64,000 bases of DNA from positions 18,662,001-18,726,000 of the forward strand of contig JBHGNT010000013.1 in the NCBI GenBank assembly GCA_043228905.1, in the 5' to 3' direction. Shown here in pieces: positions 60,574 through 64,000 of the stretch (position 1 is the first letter of the stretch; every line of letters begins with the position of its first letter). Source of the DNA: Azolla caroliniana (taxonomy: Eukaryota; Plantae; Polypodiophyta). Both the position numbers and the translations under genes were made by a program. The notes below the pieces were generated by a model. It made no database searches, had not been told where the DNA came from, and saw only the letters and a program-made list of their open reading frames with translations.

Positions 60574-62721
60574 CATCTTCGGAGGTCAAATATGACTTAC
60601 GAGACCAAAAATATTACATTTCATGTATCCAAAGATAACGAGCCAAATCTTGTGATTGTGGGTTGTTAGAACACCTTCTCATTTAGAATACCTTTTCCAT
60701 TAGAATAAGAAGAAAACCACTATGAGGTTAATAGATCCTTCATTGGTTTAGACGACGAAGCTACAAGAACTATGTTACCATCATAGGTAACAATGATTAA
60801 ATAAAGAAGAAAATTAATAGTTTTGCATAAACTTGTTCACTTAGTTGGTTCCTTAATAATGAAAAACTATATTACAACCCAATTCCCTTCGCTTTTGTAT
60901 TTTTTAGCTCCCGTCCTCTTTTTAGCAAATTTAGACTATCCATTAGCAAATTTAGGCTTCCATTTTTCTAGTGGTCTTCCAAGCACATCACCCAGGCCCA
61001 AAAGGCGTTCAAAGCTCGTGGCCTTGAGAGCATCTCACCTTTATGAGCTTTTGGTAAAATGAGCACGTGATCTCTAGATATTATCACCTTTAGGGGCACA
61101 CTGATGTTGAAGGAGATGGAGAGGATGTAGTTCATACACCATATCACTCCTATTGGCCTTCCCTCATTATGTGGCATAACCTTATCTTCGGTCTTTACCA
61201 CACCTTAACAAGGCAACTATTGAAGAAATAAAGATAAAATTCTATTTTGGTACTAAAGATGATGATGATGATTATTCTTTTCCCATCTTTTTCTTGCACG
61301 TTCTTATTATTGTTATATAAGGCCATGTGCTAAAAGTATCACAACATACAAAGCACCACATCTCCACGGGTAAGAAATGAGGGAATATCAAAGTCAAGAC
61401 ATAATCACCAAATGGATATTTGCTAGTATGTGCCCACTCACTCCTACTTGCACCATAGTTATGCATTCTTATTTGGATACAAAATGCATATGATCCTTAT
61501 ATCAACTTCCTAGACTTGTACGAGCAACCAATTTTAAAAATTTAAAAACCACAGAAAAGCAAAATTGTGAGTTTCAAGGAAATGAGTTTTTGCATATAGG
61601 TTGTGTTACACTTGCTTCATGATGGGTCAATGGGTTCCTCATTGAATGACTTTTATTTTGCAACATATACATATCACAACTTGGGAGAAATGTGGGGGTT
61701 CATATCTCATGGATTATATTACATATATTGCACTAAAAGACAAAACCATATTATTCTTCGAACATGCAAAAGACACCACATGTATGGGTTAGACCTCATC
61801 CCATCGAGTGTCATTTATATCATTGCATCTATGTCTAATCTCACATCCTCTTTGATATAAGATAGGGCACATGCGAGGAAACTCATCTACTATGCATGTT
61901 TTACTCTCAATGAGTTCATGAGTTTAGTATAGGACTGTACAATGCCTTTGATCACGTTTGATTGTGGTTTGCCTAGGACAAGGGCCTTGTGTTCACATAA
62001 TGTGAAAGGGGACAAAGGCCATTAAACGTAAAATGCAAAAGAAGTATAAAAAGCCAATTTAAGTTTTACTTCTTCTCGATTTCTCACTATTTACGTTTTA
62101 AATTTTGTGCTGTGGTTGGATGCATGATATGGAATTTTGGTTGGGTAGATGGGATGCAACACACTTGTTTCATGATGTACTCCTAGATTCCTCTGTAAAT
62201 GAGGCCTTTTTGCGACGCCCAATGTATCTTGACATGGAACAAGTGTGGAGGGTTATGCTTCACACATTATACTACATATGTTGCACCTAACTAGAAAGCC
62301 ATATTCTTTGTTGCGGAATGGGGGAACCATACACATGGATACACATTAGAGCCCACCATGTTGTCTACCATTCGAAGCATTGCTTCCATGCTACTTAGCT
62401 CACATGCATTGCGGTGTGAGACGAGGCGTCGGGGCACAAGTGATGAGAGTGGTCAACTATGCACGCTTTGCCTAAACAAGTTCGAGAGTTTGAGTATCAC
62501 ACATTGATACAATGCTTTGCCTTTGATCATATTTGACCATGCTTTCCATTCAACCAAGCCCAATCCTTGCATGAAATTCTCTCACATCCACAATGTGCAC
62601 TCTCGATTGCAACATTCATTGGTAAAGTTCTTAAACATCGAGAGTCACTACTCACTTTCACATGTATCACGTGAAATGTTATATTTTTGGTCTTATAGGT
62701 CATATTTGACCTCCAAAGATG
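60574..62721. mobile_element. TIR-bounded non-autonomous DNA transposon-like element (~2.15 kb)
   Basis: 53-bp terminal inverted repeats 60574-60626 and 62669-62721, 47/53 identical (catcttYggaggtcaaatatgac..agaccaaaaatat.acatttca.gt). Flanks tat/taa; TSD not firmly established. Confidence 0.7.
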
Positions 62722-62726
62722 TAACG

Positions 62727-62729
<3 letters not shown>

Positions 62730-62800
<71 letters not shown>
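62730..62800. repeat. (CT)n(CA)n compound microsatellite
   Basis: Directly visible next to the right TIR. Confidence 0.9.
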
Positions 62801-63199
62801 TTGATTAGTGCTAAGTAAATTGCGAGCCTTGCATTAACCCTAATTAATGATAGTGCATATGTTCACCACCCCTTTTACTAAAAAATCCTTGCAATTAAAA
62901 CGAATCTTGAAAGAACATACTAAGGTCATGAATGTGTAAAAGTCTTTGAGTTAATTAACAAAAACTCAAGAATAGAACTCATGAACGAGTACGTGAAAAT
63001 AAATAAAAATAAAACTCGCGAGCATGTAAACAAAACAACAATTAAAAAAAGCTCATGAGCATGTAAACAATATTGTCACAGATTTGATTCCCAAGCCAAA
63101 TTATCCTCCAAAGCTAAAACTAGCATTAGAGAGAAAGTCACCGCCCTTACAAACACATTATTCAATCTAGATAGAGAAAATTTAATAAGGGAGGAGTGT

Positions 63200-64000
63200 G
63201 GAAGAATATGCTCAAGTTTTGCATGACCACATCCAAAGGGCGCATCAAATAAAATATCTCCACATGTGAAACATTAATCAAATTATTTAAGCAATATGGA
63301 GGATGGCTATCCCTTAAAAGGGAATAATAGAACTAGATGTAAACCACGGTTGGAGGGCTAGTTAGGTAGGTCCAATAGCACCTCGACAAGTTTAACCCCT
63401 ATACATTAGTACCTAGACATTAATCTTTGGAGGTGAAACATAGACGACAAGATGTATTATTTGGAATATGTTGTTGCAACATACCCCGTGGTTTCATGAA
63501 CATGCAAATGCATTATGGCACCTACACAAAACACACTCATGGTAGAAAAACATGCTTACAATCTTATGGAGTTGTGGTCTTCCAGTTAAGCAATAGGTAT
63601 TCCTATGGAGATGCCTGGTGGGTGTGCTCCCAACTAGATCAAATCGTCAAAAGCAATCGATAGCCTTGTCACATTGTGCAAGATGTGGTGGATGATTGGA
63701 AACAATATGGCACTTATTATGGACTTGCTCATTCACTACAACATTTGTACAAATATTCCGTGCATCTCTTTCTCACAGTTTTCCTGGCCGAAGGTTTGGG
63801 AAACACTTTTGGTTATTTGGACAAATTCCGTGCGCCCTATCTAGCAATGCCTATTTTCTCCAATGGACAAGATTTTGCGCACTCTAGACCATTTGGATGA
63901 CTCACAATAATAAGGTCTTTAATCGAAACCAATTGCATGAAGTTAACTTCTATAAGCAATTCCTCAGCCTTAGGCAATCTCTATTTGATTGTTTGCAACT
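63200..64000 (+). mobile_element. Degenerate LINE ORF2 3' remnant (zf-RVT)
   Basis: C..C..ETIWHLLWTC at ~63666-63730 resembles the L1 C-terminal zinc finger; heavily decayed, boundaries approximate. Confidence 0.5.

Overview
Land-plant nuclear DNA, probably a non-seed plant (fern, lycophyte or bryophyte) judging by the Tcn1-like chromovirus; that assignment is inference. The first ~29 kb is gene-rich. It holds a 5-exon gamma carbonic anhydrase, a 4-exon universal stress protein, a SAR1 GTPase copy with two frameshifts, an HVA22-like gene, a decayed near full-length L1-type LINE and a 3-exon ~1013-aa U-box/ARM E3 ligase. Positions 30767-60541 are one nest of eight LTR insertions, here labelled A-H, resolved by terminal TG..CA, target-site duplications (TSD), primer-binding sites (PBS) and polypurine tracts (PPT). 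A contains B; B contains C, D and E; D contains solo LTRs F, G and H. The last 3.5 kb has a TIR-bounded element and a LINE remnant. Most notable: (1) element D has no PPT and instead carries an inverted tRNA-Arg-type PBS abutting its 3' LTR; (2) the related insertions E, F and G all sit at 4-bp NCGN sites; (3) element C has a Tf1-style 11-nt self-priming signal, a hairpin that could mask it, and a -1 frameshift cassette. All mismatch counts are by eye, and tRNA identities come from recalled eukaryotic tRNA 3' ends, so both need checking.
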